This document shows positions 22,401 through 30,933 of a stretch of DNA of 64,000 bases, in pieces. The notes beneath the pieces were generated by a model. It was not told where the DNA came from. It did no database searches and was given only the letters and a program-made list of their open reading frames with translations. The stretch comes from Clostridia bacterium (GTDB taxonomy: Bacteria > Bacillota > Clostridia > Oscillospirales > CAG-382). The position numbers were made by a program, and so were the translations under genes. The stretch covers positions 2,142 through 66,141 of the forward strand of contig JAFQHL010000002.1 of the NCBI GenBank assembly GCA_017397955.1, given 5' to 3'. Each line of letters starts with the position of its first letter. The first letter of the stretch is position 1.

Positions 22401-22796
22401 GGAGATGACGGTATTACAGAGATAAGCCGTTTGGATATTACGGATTCCGTTCCAAATGAATACGGTGAATGGACCATTGACCTTTCACAAAGCTCTATAG
22501 GTGATTACCGCGAAGCGTGCGTAAAGCTTATGGATTACGCAAGCAACTATAAAAGTATGCGCTTTGACGTAGGTATCAGCACAGAGCCTCCGTCATCAAG
22601 TGATGGACTGAAAGGTGACGTAAACAGTGACGGCACGGCGGATAACTTGGATGCTGCATACGTGCTTCGATATGATGCAGAGATAATCACATTTACCGCT
22701 AAGCAATTGGAAGTAGGCGACACAAACGGTGACGGAACCGTGGATAGTCTTGATGCCGCTGCAATTTTAAGGTATGATGTTTTTGGTACTTGGTGA
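19410..22796 (+). CDS. Secreted S8 (subtilisin/lactocepin-like) serine protease with PA-type insert and C-terminal dockerin
   Basis: Signal peptide. Catalytic motifs VIAVLDTGIN, SHGTAVASIAAG, GTSMATPVMSG. C-terminal duplicated Ca-binding segments GDVNSDGTADNLDAAYVLRY / GDTNGDGTVDSLDAAAILRY indicate a type I dockerin. Confidence 0.9.
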   Translation: MSKRLTALALTLLMLLSALACNASAAENISNKSVALSLNSLLGDDAVLRAIVVYKGGSDIAVDQSFGAPFAKTAKKLFSSQRSRLTSTITENYGASIVFNYGALINGVALDVSYGQLNEIEKLEGVEKVYIANIYSAPAVENVISPAAVSSGGTLGFTAGMGGGKGTVIAVLDTGININHKSFDPANISESAVIDQNSVNAKKSANGLLGRYHNSKIPYVYDYANGDTDISSSDSHGTAVASIAAGDDGSGFSGIAPDAQILGMKIFGDNGYTDSSVYFAAMEDAYVLGADVINLSLGSQNGFSFDYELETELYGNIFKRLEEAGVFVCCAAGNEFSQGYGQYAYNHASLSNYEDAVTIDYADYGVIGNPASYVNAIAVASGENSGYTPYTITVGGKQIEYTDAADGAFMYAFSGQNLEYVIVPSIGRQQDYVGIDVQGKVAVVARGEITFEEKCNAAAAAGAVALLCYNNEHGIVYMQIENPAIPCISVASNAYAALAENNRFTVDIAPSQTYSPYGVLISDFSSWGVTPDLKLKPQITAIGGSVRCASNSTSGYQILSGTSMATPVMSGIFACAKSYLKAKNLSGSSSNKQLYEMVYDTVLSSAELLVNESAIPYSPRRQGAGLPLFDNFVNTPAAFEEPVVNLGDDPQKSGVYTFTAKVKNLYGEEFTLSAEKSYVLCDEYIKRDGVLYNSLSPHLLDAEISVKPVTGDFADGVYTVAADNLYTELDITVKLSTADREYLSVYTNGAYVEGYIYLSVNGGISHIKQSFMGFYGDWTAAPAFEAYDWGAVVDAEAALVNEGYESPDYKTVLNTNVGYNEAYLTEGTDIVGVLGDNIYGYVGYNYDRMAFPTEESTSYNSANSFTFYPSLLRNVRHIIMTVSNAETGDIYYVDDTEYAMKNFYNTQSGRFDQGTYFTWDGTYYKNGSFAYVKDGTKLKVTFQTQLDYEGAVLVTEREYFIYVDNCAPEFECYWDAENKLLTVRATDKRYISNIFVYGDDGITEISRLDITDSVPNEYGEWTIDLSQSSIGDYREACVKLMDYASNYKSMRFDVGISTEPPSSSDGLKGDVNSDGTADNLDAAYVLRYDAEIITFTAKQLEVGDTNGDGTVDSLDAAAILRYDVFGTW

Positions 22797-22804
22797 AAAA
22801 TAAA

Positions 22805-22827
22805 GCGCAGAAGCACACGCTTCTGCG
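22805..22827 (+). terminator. Hairpin after S8 protease gene
   Basis: GCGCAGAAGC-ACAC-GCTTCTGCG, directly abutting repeat copy B. Confidence 0.5.
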
Positions 22828-22829
22828 TT

Positions 22830-22942
22830 CAGACCGCTGACAAAGGCACAGAGCACGAAAAATACTGTAGAGAAGTTGAAAATTCAGGGATAAACTCCCT
22901 GAATTTTCTGTGTATTATTGTATTTTTTCTTTGTAACGAACC
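22830..22942. repeat. Repeat element, copy B (diverged/partial, left half only)
   Basis: Shares CAGACCGCTGACAAAGGCACAGAGCACGAAAAA and the ...TTTTTTCTTTGTAACGAACC segment with copies A and C. The internal hairpin is replaced by a different 13-bp stem at the same position. Confidence 0.7.
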
Positions 22943-23010
22943 CCTACTTACATTGCTCATTGGGGGCACCGCATAAGAACAAATTTTTTAATCTGAGCGA
23001 ATAAGTGGGA

Positions 23011-23577
23011 CTAAAGCCTTTTAAGCTCCTCATAGATTTTACAAATGGGCAGTCCGAGAACATTAAGGTAATCCCCTTCAATGCGGCGCACAAAAATCCC
23101 CGCTTTTTCCTGAATTCCGTAAGCACCTGCCTTGTCCATAGGTTCTTTTGTGGCTATGTAGGCGTGTATTTCTTCATCCTCCAAGGGGCGGAAATATACC
23201 TCGGTACATTCGTAGCCGCAAATTTGTTTTTCACCCTGTAAAATAGCGTAGCCGGTGTACACCTGATGATTAGTACCGGAAAGCGCCTTGAGCATACGGA
23301 AAGCATCAGCTTCGTCCGCAGGTTTGCCCAACAGTTCGCCGTTCAGTGCAACCAAGGTATCCGCCGCAAGTATGATGTTGCCGTCGTCGGGGTGACGTTC
23401 TTTTACCCACAAAGCTTTTCTCAGCGCCAGCTCCGTTACCGCATCCTGCGGTGCATATTTTTCTACACCGCTTTCGTCCGCGTGGGAACTGCATGTCTCA
23501 AAATCAAATCCGAAGCTTTCAAGAATCTCCCTGCGGCGTGGAGATGCGCTGGCTAAAATTATATGTTTGTTAATCAT
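23011..23577 (-). CDS. maf: Maf-like nucleoside triphosphate pyrophosphatase (septum formation protein)
   Basis: MINKHIILASASPRRREIL... is the canonical Maf N-terminus. ATG at 23577. Confidence 0.9.
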   Translation of the reverse strand: MINKHIILASASPRRREILESFGFDFETCSSHADESGVEKYAPQDAVTELALRKALWVKERHPDDGNIILAADTLVALNGELLGKPADEADAFRMLKALSGTNHQVYTGYAILQGEKQICGYECTEVYFRPLEDEEIHAYIATKEPMDKAGAYGIQEKAGIFVRRIEGDYLNVLGLPICKIYEELKRL

Positions 23578-23676
23578 ATTTCTACCTCTTTGGTATTTAG
23601 TAATTGACAAATGCGGTTATATTATAGTATAATATTTGGAAAATATAAAGTACTTTTTTAAAAAACGGTGATTTTT

Positions 23677-24471
23677 ATGAATATTGAAAGAATAAGGAGC
23701 GCAAATCTTATTGTTGTAAAGGTGGGCACATCTACCCTTACATACCCTTCGGGGTATATAAATCTGCGTAGAATAGAAGGCTTGGTTAAATGCCTTTCCG
23801 ACCTGCAAAACAGCGGCAAGCACATAGTTCTTGTTTCTTCGGGTGCAATAAGCTGCGGTGTGGGCAAAATCGGCTTGCGCCACGGCGGGCTTTCTACCGA
23901 GGAAAAGCAGGCGGCGGCGGCAGTAGGGCAGTGCGAGCTGATAGATATGTACAACCGCCTGTTTGCGGATTACGGTCATAAGGTTGCACAGCTGTTGCTT
24001 ACAAGAGATGTTACCGATGATGCAGTGCGCCGTCACCATGCGGAAAGCACACTAAGGGTGCTTATAGAGCTTGGCTGTATCCCAGTTATCAACGAAAACG
24101 ATACCATCTCCTCAGAGGAAATCCGTTACGGCGGTAACGACACGCTGGGTGCCGTTGTTGCTTTGCTTTGCAAGGCGGATTTGATAATAAATCTTACGGA
24201 TATCGACGGCTTCTATACAGACAACCCCAAGACCAACCCTGATGCGATGCTTATACCTTATGTTTCCCGTATAACCGAGGAACTTGAGGCAAAGGCAGGC
24301 GGTGCAGGCACCGCAAGAGGTACGGGCGGTATGGCGGCAAAGCTGAAGGCGGCAAAGATGTGTACCGAAAAGGGTATCCCCATGATAATTGCCAACGGCG
24401 GCAACCCCGATATTCTTTACGATATTATGGATGGCACCTTCAGAGGCACTTTGTTTGATACGGAGGAGTAA
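23677..24471 (+). CDS. proB: Glutamate 5-kinase (short form without PUA domain)
   Basis: VVKVGTSTLT, VLVSSGAI and INENDT motifs. Adjacent to proA. Confidence 0.9.
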   Translation: MNIERIRSANLIVVKVGTSTLTYPSGYINLRRIEGLVKCLSDLQNSGKHIVLVSSGAISCGVGKIGLRHGGLSTEEKQAAAAVGQCELIDMYNRLFADYGHKVAQLLLTRDVTDDAVRRHHAESTLRVLIELGCIPVINENDTISSEEIRYGGNDTLGAVVALLCKADLIINLTDIDGFYTDNPKTNPDAMLIPYVSRITEELEAKAGGAGTARGTGGMAAKLKAAKMCTEKGIPMIIANGGNPDILYDIMDGTFRGTLFDTEE

Positions 24472-24474
24472 ACT

Positions 24475-25713
24475 ATGGCTGATATATTGATGGAAAAATG
24501 CAGTGCGGCAAAGTCGGCGTTCCCTGTTCTTGCTACTTCCAAAGGCGAACAGCGCAACAAGGCAATAAACCTTATGGCGGACGCCCTTGTAAGAGATGCG
24601 GCGCTGATACTTGAAGCAAACGCCAAGGATTTGGAAAACGCCAAGGCGGCAGGTATCCGTACAAGCCTCATTGACAGATTGGTGCTTACGGAAGCACGCA
24701 TAAACGGTATAGCCGCATCCCTGCGTAAGGTTGCCGCGTTGCCGGACCCTTTGGGCGGCGGCGAAGTTTGGGACAGACCCAACGGAATGCGCATTAAAAA
24801 AGTGCGTGTGCCTATCGGTCTTATCGCTATAATATACGAGGCACGCCCCAATGTAACCGCAGACGCGGCGGCTTTGTGCGTAAAGTCCGGTAACGCATGC
24901 GTGCTTCGCGGCGGCAAGGAAGCGGTGCTTTCCAGCGTCGCAATTGTTAACTCCGTTCGCGGTGCACTTAAAGAAGCGGGACTCCCCGAGGACTGCGTGC
25001 AGGTGGTTGAGGACACCACCCGCGAAAGCAGTAACCGTCTTATGACGCTTAACGGCGTGGTGGATTTGCTTATCCCTCGCGGCGGCCGTTCCCTTATCCG
25101 TGCCGTTGTGGATAATGCTACCGTGCCCGTAATAGAAACAGGTGCGGGCAACTGCCATGTTTATGTGGAAAAACACGCAGATATGGATATGGCGCTGGAG
25201 CTTGTTTACAACTCCAAGACCTCACGCCCTTCCGTTTGCAACGCAACGGAAACCCTGCTTGTGGATAGCGCGGTAGCGGCAGATTTCCTGCCTAAGATAA
25301 AAGCGCGTATGCCGGAGGTAGAGCTTCGCGGTTGCGAAAAAACTCTTAAAATCCTGCCCGATATTACCCCCGCCACGGAAGAGGATTTTTATACCGAGTA
25401 CAACGATTATATAATGGCGGTTAAGGTGGTAGAGGATATAGAGGAAGCCATAGCTCATATAAACGCTCACAACACCAAGCACAGCGAGCTTATCGTTACC
25501 GACAGCGTTGCGGCGGCTGACCGCTTTACTGCGGCAGTGGATGCGGCGGCGGTGTATGTTAATGTTTCCACTCGCTTTACCGACGGTGAGGAGTTTGGCT
25601 TTGGTGCGGAGATAGGCATCTCCACCCAAAAATTCCACGCCAGAGGCCCCATGGGCCCCGAAGCACTTACAACCTGTAAGTACCTTATAAACGGCAACGG
25701 ACAGATAAGATAA
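24475..25713 (+). CDS. proA: Glutamate-5-semialdehyde dehydrogenase
   Basis: 412 aa with a typical GPR sequence (IYEARPNVT, NAHNTKHSE, catalytic Cys context CNATETLLV). Confidence 0.9.
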   Translation: MADILMEKCSAAKSAFPVLATSKGEQRNKAINLMADALVRDAALILEANAKDLENAKAAGIRTSLIDRLVLTEARINGIAASLRKVAALPDPLGGGEVWDRPNGMRIKKVRVPIGLIAIIYEARPNVTADAAALCVKSGNACVLRGGKEAVLSSVAIVNSVRGALKEAGLPEDCVQVVEDTTRESSNRLMTLNGVVDLLIPRGGRSLIRAVVDNATVPVIETGAGNCHVYVEKHADMDMALELVYNSKTSRPSVCNATETLLVDSAVAADFLPKIKARMPEVELRGCEKTLKILPDITPATEEDFYTEYNDYIMAVKVVEDIEEAIAHINAHNTKHSELIVTDSVAAADRFTAAVDAAAVYVNVSTRFTDGEEFGFGAEIGISTQKFHARGPMGPEALTTCKYLINGNGQIR

Positions 25714-25739
25714 ATAAGTTAACATAATTCGCTAAAGCA

Positions 25740-25770
25740 AAGGAGCAGGCGCAACGCCCGCTCCTTTTTG
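25740..25770. terminator. Bidirectional terminator between proA and lipoprotein P1
   Basis: GGAGCAGGCG-CAAC-GCCCGCTCC plus TTTTT. Near-identical copy at 29732-29762. Confidence 0.65.
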
Positions 25771-25780
25771 AATTGCTTTC

Positions 25781-26767
25781 TTATCTGATTTTTTCGTATT
25801 CTTCAAGCACGTCAATTAGGGTAATATTTTCAAGTACGTAGGGTAAATCATCCTCGTTCCACAGAGCGATGCTTATTATTCTCTCGTTATGCATGAACAG
25901 GTATTTTTTGCCTTTTTTTACTATTTCTTTTTCCACAAATTCATTATTTGTTGCATCGTAGATGTATGCCTTTATCAGGTTTTCTTCGGCGTTAAACGGC
26001 TCTCCGTTTAATGTGTTGTCGTAATTATTGCAGTAATCAACTATACTTTTATTTTCGGCAAAATAATATTCATGTTCCTTGGATAAGTGTTTAACGGTTA
26101 AAAAGGCCGGGCGCTCGTCGGCGTATTCGTAGTGAATATTTATATCCACGCTTGCATCTGTACTGCCGGGGTATAATATATATTCACCATATTCACCATT
26201 TGAAACTATGTCACAGTGGACTTCGGTGTGAACATATAAATTCTTATAGCGCAAATCCCAGCCGTCGATCCACAAACCGTATACAGTTGAATCTTTACAG
26301 GGGCTTCTCATCCACTCCAAAAGATTGTGTTCATAAACACTTATCCACTTATCTTCATCTTCATCATTGAATGAAATTTTTTTTATTTTGTGCTTGCTTT
26401 TCCCGTCCAACCATTTTTGCATATATTCTATCGGTATGCATATCTCCGCCATTTCACCCATTCCGTTATTTATATACACGGTTTCCTCTTCATCATAGCT
26501 TGGCACATATTTGTGGGCAAAGTAATAATTTAAATCCTCATTTGTTATAATAGGGGGAATATTTTCTGCAACCTCCACCGAGCTTTCAAAGCTTAGCTGT
26601 TCCTCCAAGCTATCTTCTGCTGTACTCTCTCCATCGGAATAAACGCTGTCTTCGCTTTGCACGGGCTGTTTGCTTTGCTCGTTATCATTAGAAGCCTCAT
26701 CTTCACAAGCAGAAAAGTTTGATAAGCAAAGGCATAATGAAATAATTAAAAACAAATATTTATTCAT
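25781..26767 (-). CDS. Lipoprotein P1, paralog of 29773-30735 (unknown function)
   Basis: MNKYLFLIISLCLCLSNFSAC lipobox-like signal. N-terminal about 45 aa and the C-terminal LEEYEKIR are shared with P2, while the centre is diverged. Confidence 0.75.
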   Translation of the reverse strand: MNKYLFLIISLCLCLSNFSACEDEASNDNEQSKQPVQSEDSVYSDGESTAEDSLEEQLSFESSVEVAENIPPIITNEDLNYYFAHKYVPSYDEEETVYINNGMGEMAEICIPIEYMQKWLDGKSKHKIKKISFNDEDEDKWISVYEHNLLEWMRSPCKDSTVYGLWIDGWDLRYKNLYVHTEVHCDIVSNGEYGEYILYPGSTDASVDINIHYEYADERPAFLTVKHLSKEHEYYFAENKSIVDYCNNYDNTLNGEPFNAEENLIKAYIYDATNNEFVEKEIVKKGKKYLFMHNERIISIALWNEDDLPYVLENITLIDVLEEYEKIR

Positions 26768-26800
26768 AACACTTTACCTTTCTGAAAAATTAACTTTATA

Positions 26801-29533
26801 TTAAGCAATGCCAATATATTTAAAAATATCTCTAATGCAAATTCCGCAAATGTTTTCTTTACACCCCTGAAGAATGGGGCTGAACATAATGCAGATATCG
26901 TTGATATAATTGATATCGTAGAATTTGTAAGTTGAATAGCTATACCCAAATTCGTTAACCCCGTCAGTATCCTCTTCGTTGTTAACCAAGGTATGATAAT
27001 AGCAATATAGATTTTCACAGGTATCGGTATTAATATTGCTATAACATCTATGGTCGTGTGCTCCAAACGTGTGCAAAGTTTCGTGCCAAGCAGAATATTT
27101 AATATAATCAAGACGCTCTTGCCTTGTAATCATTATTAATTTATGCTCGCTGTAAGCACAATCCATAGCGGCAGGATTATGAGATATTAAAGCGGCTGAT
27201 TGGGCATCGCTTGCTGTCAGGCTACTCCCGGTAAACACGTATATATATTCATTTTCATATGAATTTCTTAGAGCAAAAGAGTCTTGATAAAATGCGTAGA
27301 ATGTGTTGTTGCCACTATTGGTCTGAAAACTGTATAAATTCGCAAAATCAGAATCATATGTCATTTCTATGTTAAGATATTTTTTCATATATGTTTTAAC
27401 ATGATCAAAATAACCTTTTATAACGTTTTTTGCGGCTTGCGTCGAGCCGTATCTATCCCTGAAACCGTTGTCGAAAAACGCTATCATTTTGCCCGTGGCG
27501 AAATTACCGCTTTGACCTGTGTAATCCCTCGAAATCAAAAAACTCCCGCTTGTTGTACTGGCATTTTCGCTTACTATTTGTATATAAAACACGCAATTGC
27601 TTGCGCTTTTAAACTCCAAAGAAGGTACCCAGTCGGATGTTGCAAAAACTTGTCCTGCGGCATTGTATATACGAACGCCGGTGTTTGCAGACCATTGACC
27701 GACTGATTCAAAATAATATGTTATGTTAGCGGTTGCATTGAATTTGTAATATACATTTGTACCTTTTGCTACACTAACTTCTTCACAGGCTTTTTCTTCC
27801 TCGTATAATTTTATTTCAGATGCATTTTGCGGTACGCACATACCGTTGTAAGTAACTACTAACGCCGGCCTTAGCGATGTGTTGCCCAAATATCCGGAGC
27901 CTGCAAGAGTGTGTACGGCTTTTGCTTCGTTAGTTGCATCGGTTGCTTTCAACATAAAGCCAAAAGCGTATCCGTTGTTGAGTACATTTTTGACATATTC
28001 AGCTATATCAAAGTAATACCAATGACCTACACTGTCTCCCCGCATATCGCCTATGGCTTCTACCCCTCTGTGCCAAGCTAATCGTTTGCCTGTCCCATAT
28101 TGTTTTGACGAATAATAATTCCACGCAGTTCCGGTAACGGTATTGACATTCCAAGTATAATTCACGCCATATAGGCCGACAATCATCTCAGAAATGGCGG
28201 GGAAGAGGTCGCGAACATATAAATATGCAGAGGTTATGTTCTTACCAATAAGAGGGTTTTTAGAAGGATTTGAATAGGAGAGCCATTCAAAATTTATAAG
28301 AGAGCGTGAAGCAGGACTATCCTCTATTCCGCCGCCCACTTTCATTACGGTAGAGCCGTAATTTGTCTGAACATTATTTTGTATATAGGTAGTTTGAATG
28401 TAATTTGAGCCATTTTGGTAATTGCCTGAATTGGGATTGCCTGATATGGTTGTATACCATACTGTTAAGGTGGGATCTACGTAAACGGGGTATACCGTAT
28501 CTTCTGCCTTTAAATAATCTTCGTCAACATGTACGGTAACCAAGTATTCGTTGTTAGCTGTCAATTCTGAAACAATATAATAGTGATTATACAAAGAGGC
28601 TTTAGAGTATTTATCCATGCCGTTACCGTCAACGGAACTGTCATAAATCATCAAACTGCCCAAGCTTGCTACCATAACACTTGTATTTGGGTCAATTAAA
28701 ATTATATTGCCATCATTGCGCTTAACTAAGCTTAGACCGTTAGTTTTTACATTAAAAACAAATTCGTTTGTGCCGTTATAGTCGGCTAAAATGATATCTT
28801 CCTTGTAGCCGTCAAATTGGGCTGTATATCTTATAGAAGTGCCTGTACCGAAAACACCGTCAAAAAGCACAGAGTCGCAGGTTACTCCCTCGTCGGTGTT
28901 ATATGATGATTTTTTCGCAAAAGAGCTTTTTGCATTTTGTGCAGATGTCTTTTTTGTCAGCGAAGCGTTGCTTGAAGAAACAGGATGCATTTCTATTTTT
29001 ATGCTGCCTGACTCAAGCAAAACGCCGTTTTCGTGATTTAAGTTTTTAGGGAAATATGTTCTTATGTTGTTATCACCATTTGTAAATCCGTAATCTTCTG
29101 CAAGAGATTTTTTATCAATTGTAGATGTTATATTTGTTTTCTTGTCTTTTACAGTTCCGGTGCTGTCTATATATTTAACAGGGTATGTAAAGCTGTACAG
29201 CGTTTTTGTACCGTCTCTGTTTTGAAAGACGATGTCATTCAAGCTGGGTTCCTGTTCCCATAATCTATTTACGTGTCCGTTGTTGATAATATTCTTTTCG
29301 GATATTGCCTCGGGCTTGTCTTTCTCCGGCAGTTGTCGGTTTTTGAGTTCGGAAAGCGGCAAATCCCCTTTGTTTAAGCCTATTGTATCGCTTTCTTTTT
29401 GATTTGTCAATGTGGTCGATGGGGATAAGGGTGTTTTATCGATGTCAGATTCCGCAAATGCGATGCTGTTAGAAACGTTGAAAACCAAAAGAGTGCACAT
29501 GAAAATTAAGAAAAATTTTTTAGTCAATTGCAT
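26801..29533 (-). CDS. Secreted metzincin-type zinc metalloprotease (reprolysin/M12B-like C-terminal domain) with large N-terminal accessory domains
   Basis: Start ATG at 29533 (GGAGG 7 nt upstream), signal MQLTKKFFLIFMCTLLVFNVSNSIAFA. HETLHTFGAHD (HExxHxxGxxHD) encoded at 27053-27085. Cys-rich tail. Confidence 0.75.
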   Translation of the reverse strand: MQLTKKFFLIFMCTLLVFNVSNSIAFAESDIDKTPLSPSTTLTNQKESDTIGLNKGDLPLSELKNRQLPEKDKPEAISEKNIINNGHVNRLWEQEPSLNDIVFQNRDGTKTLYSFTYPVKYIDSTGTVKDKKTNITSTIDKKSLAEDYGFTNGDNNIRTYFPKNLNHENGVLLESGSIKIEMHPVSSSNASLTKKTSAQNAKSSFAKKSSYNTDEGVTCDSVLFDGVFGTGTSIRYTAQFDGYKEDIILADYNGTNEFVFNVKTNGLSLVKRNDGNIILIDPNTSVMVASLGSLMIYDSSVDGNGMDKYSKASLYNHYYIVSELTANNEYLVTVHVDEDYLKAEDTVYPVYVDPTLTVWYTTISGNPNSGNYQNGSNYIQTTYIQNNVQTNYGSTVMKVGGGIEDSPASRSLINFEWLSYSNPSKNPLIGKNITSAYLYVRDLFPAISEMIVGLYGVNYTWNVNTVTGTAWNYYSSKQYGTGKRLAWHRGVEAIGDMRGDSVGHWYYFDIAEYVKNVLNNGYAFGFMLKATDATNEAKAVHTLAGSGYLGNTSLRPALVVTYNGMCVPQNASEIKLYEEEKACEEVSVAKGTNVYYKFNATANITYYFESVGQWSANTGVRIYNAAGQVFATSDWVPSLEFKSASNCVFYIQIVSENASTTSGSFLISRDYTGQSGNFATGKMIAFFDNGFRDRYGSTQAAKNVIKGYFDHVKTYMKKYLNIEMTYDSDFANLYSFQTNSGNNTFYAFYQDSFALRNSYENEYIYVFTGSSLTASDAQSAALISHNPAAMDCAYSEHKLIMITRQERLDYIKYSAWHETLHTFGAHDHRCYSNINTDTCENLYCYYHTLVNNEEDTDGVNEFGYSYSTYKFYDINYINDICIMFSPILQGCKENICGICIRDIFKYIGIA

Positions 29534-29731
29534 TGGAAGTCCTCCATACTTTTTATTAGAAGCGTAGGTTGATATGCGTTCTCCTTTCAAAACGCACTAA
29601 TTTTTATGCTTCTGTTGATATATGACAAAACGAGCCAATATTCCCAAAAAATCTTTGTGGTTTTGCGGTATTCTGCTTATTACACAAATTCAGTGCTTGT
29701 ATTTTGGTTACATTCACAACACAAAATATAA

Positions 29732-29762
29732 AAGGAGCAGGCGAAACGCCTGCTCCTTTTTG
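29732..29762. terminator. Terminator hairpin between P2 and the metzincin gene (duplicate of 25740-25770)
   Basis: GGAGCAGGCG-AAAC-GCCTGCTCC plus TTTTT. Confidence 0.6.
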
Positions 29763-29772
29763 AATTGCTTTC

Positions 29773-30735
29773 TTATTTGATTTTTTCGTATTCTTCAAGC
29801 AAATCCATTATTATAAGTTCGTCTGTAAGTGTGCTTAGGTCAAGAGTTTCGGGGTTAGCGGTTATGGAAAAAATCTGTTTGTCGTAAATAAATTTGTATT
29901 CGAATGCACCAACATCGTTTTCTCCCACCGCCATAAGCTCAATTTCAACATACTCGCCCTTTGATTGGTCGTATATTTTGGCTTTGTGCAAACTTTCTTC
30001 GGGTACGGTATTTCCTGTTGTTTCCTTTATGTAATCGGAAATGTCACCGTCAAGGGCGTATGCAAATTTGTAAAAATCCTCCAAAAAGACGGTAACCGTC
30101 ATACTTATGCCCAAATCGGAAAAATCAAGATAACTGATTCTGTATGTTATTTCCGCCCACGAATCAAGAAATATCATAAATTTTTGTGATTCGGGCGGGG
30201 CAATAGCATAGCTGTGCAGCTGCTTAAGATTATTTGTATAGCAACGAAGAACTCTGAAAATACTTATGTTTTTGTTTTTCAACCTGAGGGTATAAAACTT
30301 CATGTCGTTACAAAAGAAACGCATTTGTTCTGCCTCTTCGCTTTTGTATATGCTTTCCCCTATTATATGGTCGTGTGGGTCGCCTGTACCATCATAGTTT
30401 GGGTCCAAGGTAGGATAGAGTAAGTCCGAGCTGCCGTCCAACCATTTGGAAAAATCAGCTATACCCATACAAATACCATCTTGGGATACAGGAAGCTCAT
30501 CTGTGCGGCTGTCTTTAAAATACGCTACGGCATCCTCGTATGTAAAACTCAGCTTTTCTTCTGTTAAAACATTTGAATCTTCTTTTTTTATGCTCTCCTC
30601 GGAGGAATAAACGCTGTCTTCGCTTTGCACGGGCTGTTTGCTTTTCTCGTCGTTCACAGCTTCCTTACCCTCGCAGGAATAAAAGCTTGATAAGCAAACG
30701 CATAAGGAAATAATTAAAAACAATACTTCTTTCAT
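29773..30735 (-). CDS. Lipoprotein P2, paralog of P1 (unknown function)
   Basis: MKEVLFLIISLCVCLSSFYSC. Shares ...KSKQPVQSEDSVYS... and the C-terminal LLEEYEKIK with P1. Confidence 0.75.
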   Translation of the reverse strand: MKEVLFLIISLCVCLSSFYSCEGKEAVNDEKSKQPVQSEDSVYSSEESIKKEDSNVLTEEKLSFTYEDAVAYFKDSRTDELPVSQDGICMGIADFSKWLDGSSDLLYPTLDPNYDGTGDPHDHIIGESIYKSEEAEQMRFFCNDMKFYTLRLKNKNISIFRVLRCYTNNLKQLHSYAIAPPESQKFMIFLDSWAEITYRISYLDFSDLGISMTVTVFLEDFYKFAYALDGDISDYIKETTGNTVPEESLHKAKIYDQSKGEYVEIELMAVGENDVGAFEYKFIYDKQIFSITANPETLDLSTLTDELIIMDLLEEYEKIK

Positions 30736-30804
30736 ATGTTGTACCGCCTTTTTGTGCTTCTGTTAATATACCACGGTTTCCGCGAGTGCCGAGTACAAAT
30801 TACG

Positions 30805-30932
30805 AGGCGCGAAGGCGCGAGTAAACGGAAATGGTGATTTGTTTTGTTCGGGGTCCCCGTTGCGAACAAAGTGAGCAATGGGGTGTTTCTTCGGGGTCCC
30901 CGGCACGAATGTAATGAGTGTTGGGGTGTAAT
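30805..30932. repeat. Tandem about 43-bp repeats (2 clear units plus 1 degenerate) each starting with a GC palindrome
   Basis: Units at 30847-30889 and 30890-30932 both begin TTCGGGGTCCCCG and end ..TGGGGTGT. The upstream unit carries GCGCGAAGGCGCG. Confidence 0.7.
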
Positions 30933-30933
30933 T

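Noticed and set aside
24112-25176. 354-aa minus-strand ORF (and the 244-aa ORF 24417-25151) antisense to proB and proA.
   Set aside because: It lies entirely inside two confidently recognised genes on the other strand. The translation is Arg/Cys/His-rich low-complexity sequence with no RBS. This is a typical shadow ORF.
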